Source: Hemiscyllium ocellatum (lineage: Eukaryota). Taken from it: a DNA stretch of 64,000 nt. Location of the stretch: positions 76,474,345 through 76,538,344 of the forward strand of contig NC_083405.1 of NCBI RefSeq assembly GCF_020745735.1, given 5' to 3'. The translations under genes and the position numbers were made by a program. Shown here piece after piece: positions 38,420 through 51,800 of the stretch. Below the pieces are notes generated by a model. That model made no database searches. It was not told the DNA's origin and worked only from the letters and a program-made list of their open reading frames with translations. Each line of letters opens with the position of its first letter. Position 1 is the first letter of the stretch.

Positions 38420-39617
38420 ACGACCACAAAGATGTAGATGCAGGAGTTGAAGGAGGCCATTCAGGCCATCGAGTTTGCCTGCCATTAAACAAGATCGTGG
38501 CTGATCTCATAACCCTCAACTGCTTTTTGCTTTCTCCCATAATTCTTGATTCCTTCCACCTCAGCCTTCAATATCTTTCACAACCCAGCTCGACAACCCT
38601 CTGTGGCAAGGAATTCTACAAATTCAGAATCCTGTGAGAGAAGAATTCTTCCTCCTTTCCACCTTGAGTGTATTATCCCTTATTCCGAGATGATGCCTTT
38701 TGCGGCTCAGCTGTCCCAAAGGGGAAGTAACCTCCCTGCATCTATCCTGTCAAGTCATTGAATCAACAAAGTTGTCTCTCATTCTTCTAACTTCCAATCA
38801 GTAGAAGCCAAAATTTACTTGACCTCTCCTCAAAAGACAGTCCTTCCATACCTGATATCGGCTAAATGAAGCTTCAGTGGACTGCCTTCAATGCCAGTAT
38901 ATCCTTCCTTAGATAAGGAACCCAATACTGTTTGTTCACAATATTTCACCTGTAGTCTGAGTATTGCTTGGGTCATTTTAGCAACACCTCACTAATTTTA
39001 TACTCCATTCCCCCAAAATAAAGACCAACCTTCCATTCCCTTCCCTGTTACCCACTGAACTTAGATGTTCACTTTTTTATGATTCATACATAAGGACTCC
39101 CAAGTCATACTGTTTTGTAGCTTTCTGCAGTCTTTCTTTCTTTAAATAATATTCAGCTCCTCTACTCTTCCTGCCAAAGTGCATAGCCTCACATTTTCTG
39201 ACGTTATATTCCATCTGCAAAGTTTTTGATCAGTCATGTAACCTGTCGATATCCCTCTGCAGACTCTTTGTGTGTTCTTCACCACTTGCCTTCCCATCTA
39301 TATTTGCGTCATGCACAAACCTGGCTACAGTATATTAACTTTGCTTATACAAGTCATTAATGTATATTGAAAATAATAGTGGCCCCAGCACTGATCTCTA
39401 CAGCAGTCCACTAGTTACAGGTTTCATCCTGAAAATGTCCCCCATTAATCTCAATACTATCTTCTGTCAGTTAGTCAATCCTCTATCCACATTAATATAC
39501 TACCTACAAAACCACAGGATCTTACCTTATTAAATACCCTCATGTGCAATGCCTTCTTTCGGAGAATTCAAATATAGTACGTCCACTGCTTACCCTTTAT
39601 CTATTGTATTTGTTAAT
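38420..39617 (-). mobile_element. Old decayed CR1, host of the younger element; resumes at about 44131-44172
   Basis: Reverse similarity to the CR1 RT region; the sequence continues after 44130 as ttcctcaatgacttcaaataaattggtgaggcatgatt. Confidence 0.75.
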
Positions 39618-42600
39618 TAGAGTCATAGAGATGTACAGCATGGAAACAGACCCTTCGGTCCAACCCGTCCATGCTGACCAGATATCCCAACCCAATCTAG
39701 TCCCACCTGCCAGCACCCGGCCCATATCCTTCCAAACCCCTCCTATTCATATACCCATCCAAATGCCTCTTAAAATATTGCCATTGTACCAGCCTCCACC
39801 ACTTCCTCTGGCAGCTCATTCCATACACGTACCACCCTCTGCGGGAAAAAGTTGCCCCTTAGGTCTTTCTTATATCTTTCCCCTCTCACCCTAAACCTAT
39901 GCCCTCTAGTTCTGGACTCCCCGATCCCAGGGAAAAGACTTTATCTATTTATCCTATCCATGCCCCTCATAATTTTATAAACCTCTATAAGGTCACCCCT
40001 CAGCCTCCAACGCTCCAGGGAAAACAGCCCCAGCCTGTTCAGCCTCTCCATGTAGCTCAGATCCTCCAACCCTGGCAACATCCTTGTAAATCTTTTCTGA
40101 ACCCTTTCAAGTTTCACAACATCTTTCCGATAGGAAGGAGACCAGAATTGCATGCAATATTCCAACAGTGGCCTCACCCAATGTCCTGTACAGCTGCAAC
40201 ATGACCTCCCAACTCCTGTACTCAATACTCTGACCAATAAAGGAAAGCATACCAAATGCCTTTTTCACTATCCTACCTACCTGCGACTCCACTTTCAAGG
40301 AGCTATGAACCTGCAGTCCAAGGTCTCTTTGGACCTTACCATTAAGTGTATAAATCCTGCTAAGATTTGCTTTCTCAAAATGCAGCACCTCACATTTATC
40401 TGAATTAAACTCCATCTGGCACTTCTCAGCCCATTGGCCCATCTGGTCAAGATCCTGTTATAATCTGAGGTAACCTTATCCGCTGTCCACTACACCTCCA
40501 AGTTTGGTGTCATCTGCAAACTTACTAACTGTACCTCTTATGCTCGCATCCAAATCATTTATGTAAATGACAAAAAGCAGAGGATCCAGTACCAATCCTT
40601 GTGGCACTCCACTGGTCACAGGCCTCCAGTCTGAAAAGCAACCCTCCACCACCACCCTCTGTCTTCTATCTTTGAGCCAGTTCTGTATCCAAATGGCTAG
40701 TTCTCCCTGTACCCCATGAGATCTAACCTTGCTATTCAGTCTCCCATGGGGAACCTTGTTGAACGCCTTACTGAAGTCCATACAGATCACATCTACTGCT
40801 CTGCCCTCATCAATCTTCTTTGTTACTTCTTCAAAAAACTCAATCAAGTTTCTGAGACATGATTTCCCACGCACAAAGCCATGTTGACTATCCCGAATCA
40901 GTCCTTGCCTTTCCAAATACATGTACATCCTGTCCCTCAGGATTCCCTCCAACAACTTGCCCACCACCGAGATCAGGCTCAACCGTCTATGATTCCCTGG
41001 CTTGTCCTTACCACCCTTCTTAAACAGTGGCACCACGTTTGCCAACCTCCAGTCTTCCAGCACCTCACCTGTGACTATTGATGATATAACTATCTCAGCA
41101 AGAGGCCAGCAATCACTTCTCTAGCTTCCCACAGAGTTCTCGGGTACACCTGATCAGGTCCTGGGGATTTATCCACCTTTAACCATTTCACGGCATCCAG
41201 CACTTTCTCCTCTGTAATCTGGACATTTAGCAAGATGTCACCACCTGTCTCCCTGCAGTCTATATCTTCCATACACTTTTCCACAGTAAATACTTATGCA
41301 AAATATTCATTTAGTATCTCCTCCATTTTCTGTGGCTCCACACAAAGGCCGCCTTGCTGATCTTTGAGGGGCCCTATTCTCTCCCTAGTTACCCTTTTGT
41401 CTTTCAGATATTTCTAAAAAACCCTTTGGATTCTCCTTAATTCTATTTGCCAAAGCTATTTCATGTCCCCGTTTTGCCCTCCTGATTTCCCTCTTAAGTA
41501 TACTCCTATTTTCTTTATACTCTTCTAAGGATTCACTTGATCTATCCTGTCTATACCTGACATATGCCTCCTTCTTTTTCTTGACCAAACCCTCAATTTC
41601 TTTAGTCATCCAACATTCCCTATACCTACCAGCCTTCCCTTTCACCTTGACAGGAATATACTTTCTCTGGATTCTTGTTATCTAATTTCTGAAGGCTTCC
41701 CATTTTCCAGCCGTCCCTTTACCTGTGAACATCTGCCTCCAATCAGCTTTCGAAAGTTCTTGCCTAATACTGTCAAAATTGGCCTTTCTCTAATTTAGAA
41801 CTTTAACTTTTAGATCTGGTCTATCCTTTTCCATCACTGTTTTAAAACTAATACAATTATGATCACTGACCCCAAAGTGCTCCCCCACTGACACCTCAGT
41901 CACCTGCCCTGCCTTATTTCCCAAGAGTAGGTCAAGTTTTGCACCTTCCCTAGTGGGTACATCCACATACTGAATCAGAAAATTGTCTTGTACACACTTA
42001 ACAAATTCCTCTCCATCTAACCTTTAACACTATGGCAGTCCCAGTCGATGTTTGGAAAGTTAAAATCCCCTACCATAACTACCCTAATATTCTTACAGAT
42101 AGATGAGATCTCCTTACAAGTTTGTTTCTCAATTTCCCTCTGACTGTTGGGGGGTCTATAATACAAACCCAATAAGGTGGTCATCCTTTTCTTATTTCTC
42201 ATTTCCACCCAAATAACTTCCCTGGATGTATTTCCGGGAATATCCTCCCTCAGCCCAGCTGTAATGCTATCCCTTATCAAAAATGCCACTCCCCCTCCTC
42301 TCTTGCCTCCCTTTCTATCTTTCCTGTAACATTTGTATCCTGGAACATTAAGCTGCCAGTCCTGCCCATCCCTGAGCCATGTTTCCGTAATTGCTATGAC
42401 ATCCCAGTCCCATGTTCCTAACCATGCCCTGAGTTCATCTGCCTTCCCTGTTAGGCCCCTTGCATTGAAATAAATGCAGTTTAATTTATTAGTCCTACCT
42501 TGTCCCTGCCTGCCCTAACTGTTTGATTCACTTCTGTTCTCAACTGTACCCATCTCAGATCGATCTCTTTCCTCACTATCTCCCTGGGTCCCACTCCCCC

Positions 42601-43873
42601 CCCCCCCCACCTTACTGGTTTAAATCCCCCCAAGCAGTTCTAGCAAATTTCCCTGTCAGTATATTAGTTCCCTTCCAATTTATGTGCAACTGTCCTTCTT
42701 GTACAGGTCACTTCTACCCCAAAAGGGATTCCAATGATCCAAAAATGTGAATCCTTCTACCGTACACCAGCTGCTCAGCCATGCATTCATCTGCTCTATC
42801 CTCCTGTTCCTGCCCTCACTAGCTCATAGCACTGGGAGTAATCCAGATATTACTACCCTTGAGGACCTTCTTTTTAAATTTCTGCCTAACTCTATGTATT
42901 CTCTCTTCAGAGTCTCAACCTTTTCCCTTCCAATGTTGTTGGTTCCAATGTGGACAATAACCGTGAGAACATTCTGCACCCTCACTGAGACATCCTTGAT
43001 CCTGGCACCAGGGAAACAACACACCATTCTGCTTTGTCTCTGCTGGCCACAGAAACATCTGTCTATATCTCTGACTACAGAATCCCCTAATACAAATGAA
43101 CTCTTGGAAGCTGACGTACCCCTCACTGCATTAGAGCCAGTCTAAACACCAGAAATTTGGCTGTTCATGCTATGTTCCCCTGAGAATTCATCACCCCATA
43201 CATTTTCCAAAACAGCATACCTGTTTGAAATGAGTATATCCACAAATGACTCCTGCTCTAGTTGCCTACCTCTCTTACCCTTCCTGGAGTTAACCCATCT
43301 ATGTGACTGTATCTGAGACTCCCCCGCCCCCCCTTCTATAACTGCCATCCATCACATACTGTTGCTGTTGCAAATTCCTCATCGCTTCTATCTATCTATC
43401 CAACCGATCCACTCGATCTGATAAGAGTCGCATCCCAACAGCATTTACTGCAGATATAATCCGCAGTAATCCTTAAATTCTCTTTAAACTCCCACATCTG
43501 ACGAGAAGTACATATCACTGCAAAGGCCATTTTTGCTCCTTCACAATCTACAGAAAATAACACCATCTTATTCCTCTACAAACACTGCCCCAGGTTAAAT
43601 TAATTCCTATGGCTTATATTTTAAGTTTAATCAAGAGACTTATCTCCAAAAACATATAATCAAGAAAGAATCCACTGTACTCACTACTGCAGCCTTTCTC
43701 TTGGACAGACTTAAAACAACAATTAACTTATCTGATTCTGTGCTGTGAACTTCGCCCAACAGTTTCTCCAAGATTAGTTGTGAATTTCACTGTTTGTTAA
43801 TTTTCCCAGGTGCACTCCGATTTCCAGCGAAACACAAATTCAAACAGCAAAGGTAGTAACTGTGCAGGTTCTC

Positions 43874-43904
<31 letters not shown>

Positions 43905-44130
43905 CCCCTGCACTGTCCTCACCATGTGCTTCCTTTGTCTGCTGTTCTCCCTTTTAAAACTGTTGTTGTTTTGACTTTTTTCCCCAAAGTTCCAAAACAA
44001 TGCAGCAGCATATAAAACAGTAATTGCTGCTCCTGGAATTCGAGGAAATCACCTCTAAGATACCTCAAAAAAAGAGGAGCAACTCTTACAGCCAGAAATT
44101 TTTCCTGTCCTCCATCTTGGATTACCCAGA
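39618..44130 (-). mobile_element. Near full-length CR1 LINE (5' UTR, esterase-type ORF1, APE-RT ORF2), disrupted, in BTD intron 2
   Basis: ORF1 SGNH motifs VLGDS and HIGTN; endonuclease YYRPP and MVGDFNFPNIDW; RT DFSKAF, GVPQG and KFADD; 3' tail at 39618. Confidence 0.93.
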
Positions 44131-44150
44131 TTCCTCAATGACTTCAAATA

Positions 44151-44518
44151 AATTGGTGAGGCATGATTCTCCTGAGAATTTAGTCTCTTGTGGCACAGTG
44201 GTAGTGACCCTAACCCTGACCCAGGAGATCTAGATTCGAGTTTGACCTGCTCCAGAGGTGTGTTTATAACAACATTGCTGAACAGGTTGATTTGAAGACT
44301 ATCTGCATCTGGAGCATCAGAAAGCATGATCCGAAAGGTAAGATTGTGTTTAACTGCTCCTCCAATCCACTTTCCCTATTCCTTCAGCAATCCACCTGAA
44401 ATTTGCTCTGGTATTCTCTGAATTATAGCTCAAGACGGGATTGAGTCACAGTTTAGTTAAGTAAACCATAGCCTTAAATACCCTTTGGCAAGGAATGAGA
44501 GGTCTTTTTCACAGAGAA
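44151..44518 (+). repeat. 368-bp direct repeat, copy 1 (probable source)
   Basis: About 8 mismatches by eye against 46590-46957. Confidence 0.95.
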
Positions 44519-44608
44519 AAACATCAAATAGTTTCTTATTCTTTAATTCTGTTGAAGCAAAATGTACATTTATTCTAAAATTCACCAATGTTTTCATATC
44601 TATTGTAG

Positions 44609-45781
44609 GTGCTTCATCAGCTGAGCTGCATGGCAAGGAACGGCAGTATGTACTTGGTTGCAAACATGGGAGAGAGACAAACCTGTGAGCAAAGCGATCC
44701 CAAATGTCCGCCCGATGGAAGATATCACTTTAACACAAATGTGGTTTTTGATGCTGAAGGCACTCTCGTTGCAAAATACCAGAAATGGAACCTTTACTTT
44801 GAATATGCTTATGACACACCCAAAACAGTGCAACACGCCATCTTTAATACATCATTTGCTGGAAGATTTGGCATCTTTACTTGCTTTGATATATTGTTCT
44901 ATGAGCCAGCAGTAAGTTTAATTGAGAATTATGGTGTAAAACAAATTGTATTTCCTACAGCCTGGATGAACCAATTGCCCCTCTTATCTGCCGTACAGTT
45001 TCATCAAGCATTTGCTACTGCATTTGGGATCAATCTTTTCGCAGCCAATCAGCATCATCCGAAATACAATATGACAGGAAGTGGTATCTACACCCCGTTA
45101 GATTTCCCCTATTATTACAACTCCGAGAGCAGTGAAGGTAAACTTCTTGTGGCCAAGGTCCCTATAATCACATCCCGTCAAAATCACAGCCTACAACCTG
45201 AGGTGACGGCAGCACTTCTTAAAGGGAACAATTATTTTGAAGCTTTTGTCCTTCAGAAGAAGGGAGAAAAGCAGGAACAAATTGGCCCAATGGAAAGAAA
45301 TGATCCTGGTGATATTTTTCATAATATCATGATGTATGATAATTACACATTTATCTCTTTGACAGGTTTAAAAGGTAGTCTGCACATCTGTTCCAACACT
45401 CTCTGTTGCCATGTAGCCTACAAATGTAGCAATTATACAGACGGTAATCTGTATGCATTAGGAGCCTATGATGGGCTTCACACGACGCATGGCACTTATT
45501 ACACACAAGTGTGTGCCTTGGTGAAGTGTGCAGGCTCCAGTTATGACACGTGTGGACAAAATGTTACAACTGCCTCTGATATCATAGATTTTGAATTATG
45601 GGGGAATTTCAGCACAACCCATATTTATCCAGAAATATTGGCAGATAAGATGAAAATTTATCGTGCCGATACCAGAGGATGGGCTAACAGTAATTATTAT
45701 ATGATCAAGAAGGGGATGTCAGCAGGTCTTGTCACTGCAGCACTCTATGGAAGGTGGTATGAGAAAGATTGTTGTTATTGA
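44609..45781 (+). CDS. BTD: Biotinidase copy B, coding exon 3; whole protein 511 aa
   Basis: ttgtag acceptor; YQKWNLYFE (Lys 44783-44785), FGIFTCFDILF (Cys 44882-44884), DGLHTTHGTYY and ALYGRWYEKD(CCY); lies between HACL1 and ANKRD28. Confidence 0.96.
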   Translation: MLHQLSCMARNGSMYLVANMGERQTCEQSDPKCPPDGRYHFNTNVVFDAEGTLVAKYQKWNLYFEYAYDTPKTVQHAIFNTSFAGRFGIFTCFDILFYEPAVSLIENYGVKQIVFPTAWMNQLPLLSAVQFHQAFATAFGINLFAANQHHPKYNMTGSGIYTPLDFPYYYNSESSEGKLLVAKVPIITSRQNHSLQPEVTAALLKGNNYFEAFVLQKKGEKQEQIGPMERNDPGDIFHNIMMYDNYTFISLTGLKGSLHICSNTLCCHVAYKCSNYTDGNLYALGAYDGLHTTHGTYYTQVCALVKCAGSSYDTCGQNVTTASDIIDFELWGNFSTTHIYPEILADKMKIYRADTRGWANSNYYMIKKGMSAGLVTAALYGRWYEKDCCY

Positions 45782-46589
45782 GTTCTCTGTCTGAATGTAG
45801 TGATAATTCACTAAAATCCAGGAATCTTACATTTTTTTTACTATGAAGTAATCAAAAAAGGGGTTTCTGAGTATTCCTCATTGAGGTTGAGGATTGCATC
45901 CTGTACTGTTGACAGAATATTTACTAACTGAATTCAGGAACTGTGGAAAAGCAGGGATGTTTAGAAGTCCAAGTACAGAAAATATTAAAAAGCCAGTGGA
46001 CAGGTCCCGAAAAGTGTAATAGGCCAATGGAATGTTGACCGTTATCTCAAAGTTTGTAGAATATCAAGGATAGAAATAATAGTCCTGTTACATACTGCCC
46101 TGATTCTACCCCATTAACAGTCCTGCCAGCTTGCCTAAGGGATAACTTGGGAAGGATATATTTTTATTTCAGGAGGTATGGTGCCAGACTGATGCTGGTG
46201 CTAATGGTGTTAAAGAATGAGGACAGATTGGACTGTCAAACTTTGTATTCTTTTTGAATATAGAAAATGAAGGTGCAAAGTAATTGCAATATTTAAGATC
46301 ATTTAAAAGGATTGTTAGACTAGATCAAGTGAAATTAGACATTTCTTCCACTGCTGGTGGTACCCAGAACAAGGCAACACAATCATCATCTTAGAGGCAG
46401 GCTGTTCAGCATCATGTCAGGAAGAAATCTTGACAGAAAGAAGTGAGAAAGTATGAAACTCCCCCCCCCCCCCCCCACAAAAAAAAAGGTGAAGTCACCT
46501 GAAAATTTCAAAATTCTGATTGATTAAAAAGACCATGAGATATAGGAGCCCAAATTATGCCACTCGGCCTATTGAGTCTGCTCTGATCG

Positions 46590-46957
46590 AATTGGTGAGG
46601 CATGATTCTCCTGAGAATTTAGTCTCTTGTGGCACAGTGGTAGTGACCCTAACCCTGACCCAGGAGATCTAGATTCGAGTTTGACCTGCTCCAGAGGTGT
46701 GTTTATAACAACATTGCTGAACAGGTTGATTTGAAGAGTATCTGCATCTGGAGCATCAGGAAGCATGATCCGAAAGGTAAGATTGTGTTTAACTGCTCCT
46801 CCACTCCACTTTCCCTATTCTTTCAGTAATCCACCTGAAATTTGCTCTGGTATTCTCTGAATTATAGCTCAAGACGGGATTGAGTCACAGTTTAGTTAAG
46901 TAAACCATAGCCTTAAATATCCTTTGGCAAGGAATGAGAGTTTTTTTTCACAGAGAA
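46590..46957 (+). repeat. 368-bp direct repeat, copy 2 (probable derived insertion)
   Basis: Interrupts a CR1-tail remnant; GAATT at both junctions (46589-46593 and 46955-46959). Confidence 0.95.
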
Positions 46958-49900
46958 TTATCATGGCTGATAAGTTTCTTAACACCATTCTCCTGCCTTC
47001 CCCCGGAACCTTTGATGCCCTTACTAATCAAAAACCTATTTGTCTCTGTCTTAACTACACTCAATATTTGTTCGGTAAGCTATCAAGACTTCAAGATGAA
47101 AAAGATGGACTTAAGATACTGATCATCCACAGTCTAAATGAGTGGGCAGAACAGACTGGAAGGATTGACTGTCCTACTCCTGTCACTGTGTCCGCTGATG
47201 CTTAGGATTGAAAGAAATTATGAAGTTAATTAAACAGCATAATTGTAAACAGCTTGTACAGGCTTTATGCTTTTGTGCTGTGATAACTTTAAATATTTCC
47301 AATACATTTTCAGTACTTACAAAGCAGAGGCAGGAAATAGTATACAACTATACAACCTATTACCTTCTGAGCTCGGGATATGAATAAATGAATGAGGTAA
47401 ATATTCTATTGTTAATACAGGTAAATCCTCAAAGCAAATGTCTTTTTGCATGATAAATGTATTGCTTTTATCTTTTTAATTTTACCACTCCAGTTGTATT
47501 TGAGTGCTTCTGGAAATTGATCTTGCCAGGGTTGAATATATTTCTGGAATCAAAGTGTGGAAACATCAAAGACAGGCTTTTCAAAGAGTGAATCCATACA
47601 AATATTAATACCTTACTAATATCTTACATTGCTTACATCCGCATGAAGCCATCGGGCATCTAATTATATGTTTAACTCACTGCCAAGATACTTCACCTCG
47701 GCTTGTGTTGGGGGGAGCGCGTGGAATGTAAGCTTTGACCAAGAATTAGATTTACTGACAGGCCTACAGATAGATTTGTCTGAGTTTTGCTTCAGCAATT
47801 AGTTTTTATTACAATGGGAAAGATATGTGATAGCCAATGATCCAAGTCTGTGTTTAACTGGGGAAATCGATGGATACCAATAGGACTTGTAAGCTGTAAT
47901 GATAAACTCTTCCTAAAATGTTGTCACATCATCTCCTGCATTGTTTTTCTTAAAGAAGAAAAGGTACCTTACAGTAAAGTTCAGGAAATAGATTCACTGA
48001 CCTGTTTCTCTGGGGAACTTATTTTTCATTTAGTTTTTGGAGATAAATGGAAACATTTGCCATAATACTGCAACAAAATATTGACATAAATAGTACAAAA
48101 TTGAATACAAGCACAATGGGAACAGTTTTCCTGTGACAAGCATTTTGGCATTACGTCTAACATTCCTTCAGGATGCCTGAGTGAAGGGATGTGAATTATT
48201 GGCATATGCAACAAAGTCAGGCTAAAGCCCACTTGTCAAATGAAACAAGAAGGGGTTGTGATTACTCCTTTCCCTGTTGTATTCCGCTGCTTCGTCAGTG
48301 ATATACCCTTGTCACAAGATCAGGAGTGAGATTTTTTGCTGATAATTCCATTTTAGTTGGTAACGGTCTTATGATAATGAAACAGGCTTTGGATAAAATC
48401 CAGATGTACGTTGAGAACTGGCAGGTAACATTTGCCCGCTAGATTCTCTGCTATTGCTGGATGATCATCAAGCGAAAGCCAAACCACCAGCCCTAACCTT
48501 CAATGCATCAACGTTGCTTGGTCACCTGACATCACTGACTTGGCTGAGGCAAGGCTTTTGTGGGATTGGCCGAAATAACATTGTGGCTCTAAGAGCAGTG
48601 CAGAAGTTTTCCACCTGGTATCTTTTTAACAGCAAAACTTCTGAAAGACGTCTCATAGGAGTGTTACCTAATGCAACATGACACTGAAATATTTGAGTCG
48701 ATATGCGCTGGAAAAGCACAGAAGTCAGGAAGCGTCCTTTGAGGAGACATTAGAACAGGTAACCTAAATTGTCAAAGGGAGAGATTTTAAAGACATGAGT
48801 CTTTAAAGAAGGACAGAGGTGCAGAGACATTGAGTGTGGGAATTTGAAATCTCAGACATTTGAAGGAATGGCTGCCTATGCTGGAAAAATGAGAGTGACA
48901 CATGTTCGAATGTTGAAGGGGTTACTAATTTAGTGAAAAGCAAGACGGTGGGTGACGTTTAAAGTAGGAATGAATATTTTATTATTGAGGTATTAATCGG
49001 GGGAAGGCAAGTGATTACTGAACAAGTTTAGTGACAGTCTAGGAAGCGTGAGGGTAGAGTGTGGGTGGCATAAAAGGACTGGGTGAGAATAGTTGTACAT
49101 GGATATAATAAAGGCACAGATCAGCATTTCAGCAGCAAAGTGATGTGACAGTGGTAGGCATCAGCAGTCTTTCTCCCAGAGAGGAGGCAGTCAGGTCTGT
49201 GTAAAATAGGAATCAAGATTGTAAACAGGCTGGACAGAATCAGACAGGGATCAGGGAGAGGGAAAGCGTTTCAGCTTCAAGATGATGACATAACACTTGG
49301 TGTTGTATTGTCACCAGTCAGAAGATTGGAGATGGTTGAAAGCAGCCCGGCCGGTCAGTATCTTGTTACTGGGCAGGGGTTTGTTAGATGGCTGGTATTT
49401 TTGGAGAATACTTAGGAGCTGCTGACTTGGGCAGCTGTTGCTGCTGCTTTAAATATTTGGCAGTTGCCTACATTTATCCCACTGTTCCAGGAACTTGACC
49501 CTACCAAGTGCCTGGCCTGAGCAAACATTGCTAAAAGAGTATTCAAATGACATGGGCTAGCAAGTTTCTGTATTGATAAACTCTCATGCAACTCAGAAAC
49601 CTACACAGCACACAGACAAGGGTACTATAACTAAGACAGAAGTCCACCGCCTCTCCCATTACTTTACGAGTCACAACTTGAATACAAGTGTTTCATCCAG
49701 TTTTCGATATAGCCAATCATATCATAGCCAATCTTAGGGTCTAAATAATTCCAATTTGAGCTGGGCAGTAACTTCAATGGTACACTATGGCTCTTGTTTT
49801 CCATTTCAGCTTCGGACCCAGCCTGACATCCTGTCTCTTTTCCGTGCATTCTGCTTCCAGTTGGAAGTGGGAAAACTTCAAACATCTCATACACCTTGGT

Positions 49901-50894
49901 CACTGAAAAGTAGCTTAGAAGCCACAGCATGATCAATCACAATTTTCTATTTGGATTGGTCTAGGCTCGACAAAGTTAATTGGTTTAAGGGACTCCTGAT
50001 CAATCTCTGATTGGCTCTAATGAGTGATGGACAGTGACTAACTTTCTCCTGACCAGCTCCTTAAGGTGTCAATTATCCACGGGTTTGAAATGTTCTTTAC
50101 ATTTTCATTAAAGGAAGGAGGGGGCATTTGTAGTCAGCACTGCAAGCTTGTTAGTTTGTGCTCATGTCTCAATCCTCACTTAATTCTAGCAAAGTTCCTA
50201 TGACATCAGACATTTAACAATCACCATTTGTTTTTCCCATTGTCATCAACTAATTAGTTTTTTCACTGTGTTGGAATGCTTGGAATTTTATTTTTATCAA
50301 AGGAAAAAGTTAGAATATCAAAGCTACATAAAAAAAACAGAAAATACGAATCTCAACAAATTCTCATACAGTGTATGATAAAGTCTAAAAGGTAATAGAG
50401 CTGCAAACTTACACGCTGTGTTACAAAGTTAATTCAAATATAGATGTTGCATTTAAGCAAAAGGTGCCCTTCTGAACAAATTAAAACACACTAGCCCTGA
50501 ACAAGAAATCATAACTGTAGCTGTGCCCTTGTTCTAATGAGCTAATAATACTTTGTCTTATATAACCTTGGAAGTCTGATTACATCAGCTAACTTAGAGG
50601 CCCTTCAGCTTACAGCTGTAACTCTAGAACACTAGGTTACTGTCTTCACTTTGTTCACAATCCCATTGTGCAATTCTTTGTCAAGTGAAGCTAAGCAGAG
50701 TCACATGATGTCAGTGTGAAGATCTGCATTGGCTTTAGTGAGCAGAATAATATATTAGGTTAATCAATAAATATACTTTAATTGTGAGATTATAACTAAA
50801 TTAAAATCATAAAATGTTAGCTTCCCACTTAATCTGCCTTTGTTGTACTTTTTAAATTGGGTTCTGAAATGAGAGAGGAGTGTTTCAGGATAGT

Positions 50895-51800
50895 GATGGT
50901 GGTGTTTGGTATGCTTGCCTTAATAGGTCAGTGCATTTGAGTATGGAGCTGGGAGGTCATGTTGTGGCTGTACAGAACATTGGTTAGGCCACTTTTGGAA
51001 TACAATGCACAATTCTGGTCTCATTGCTATGGGAAGGATGTTGTGAAACTTGAAAGGGTTCATAAAAAATTTACAAGGATGTTGCAAGGGTTGGAGTACT
51101 TGAGCTTCAGGGAGAGGCTGAATAGAGACCTTATAGAGGTTTATAAACTCATGAGGGATATAGATAATGGTAGTGGTAGCTGTCTTTTCCCTAGGATAGG
51201 GGATTTCAAGACTAGGGGATACATTTTTAGGTTGAGAGGAGAAAGATTTAAAAAGGACATGATGGGTAATTTATTTTACCCAGAGAATGGTTCGTATGTG
51301 GGGAATGAACTCCCTGAGGAAGTGGTGAACATTTACAATGTTTAGACAAGACATTTGGATAAATAACAAATAGGAAAGGTTTAGGAGGGATATGGACCAG
51401 GAGCAGACAGGTGGGACTAGTTTAGTTTGAGATTATGTTCGGCATGGACTGTTTGGACAGAAGAGTCTGTTTCCGTGCTGTATGACTCAATGAGGGACAT
51501 GGACAGGGTGTATAGCCAAGATCTTTTCCCCAGCGTAGGGAAGTCCAAAACAAGAGAGCATAGGTGTAAAGGGAAAGATTTAAAAGGAACCTAACGGGCA
51601 AACTTTTCACAGGGCATGGTGCGTATATGGAACAAGCTGTGAAACATTTAAAAGGCATCTGAATGGGTATATGAATAGGAAGAGTTTCGAGGGATACGGG
51701 CAAAGTGCTGGCAGGTGGGACTAGATTAGGTTAGGGATATCTGGTCAGCACGGATGAGTTGGACTGAAGGGTTTGTTTCCGTGCTGTACATCTATAAACA
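50895..51800 (+). mobile_element. Two tandem CR1 3' fragments
   Basis: LYRTLVRPLLEY...FW motif; the 3' UTR occurs twice, ending near 51488 and 51796. Confidence 0.85.

Noticed and set aside
16829-45781. Vanin/pantetheinase (VNN) identity, or a haplotype-duplication artefact
   Set aside because: The 150-nt exon plus one large exon, the absence of a GPI tail and HACL1-ANKRD28 synteny indicate BTD; diverged introns, UTRs and exon 1 rule out allelic copies
45770-45781. CCY as a prenylation signal
   Set aside because: The protein has a signal peptide and would be luminal, out of reach of cytosolic prenyltransferases
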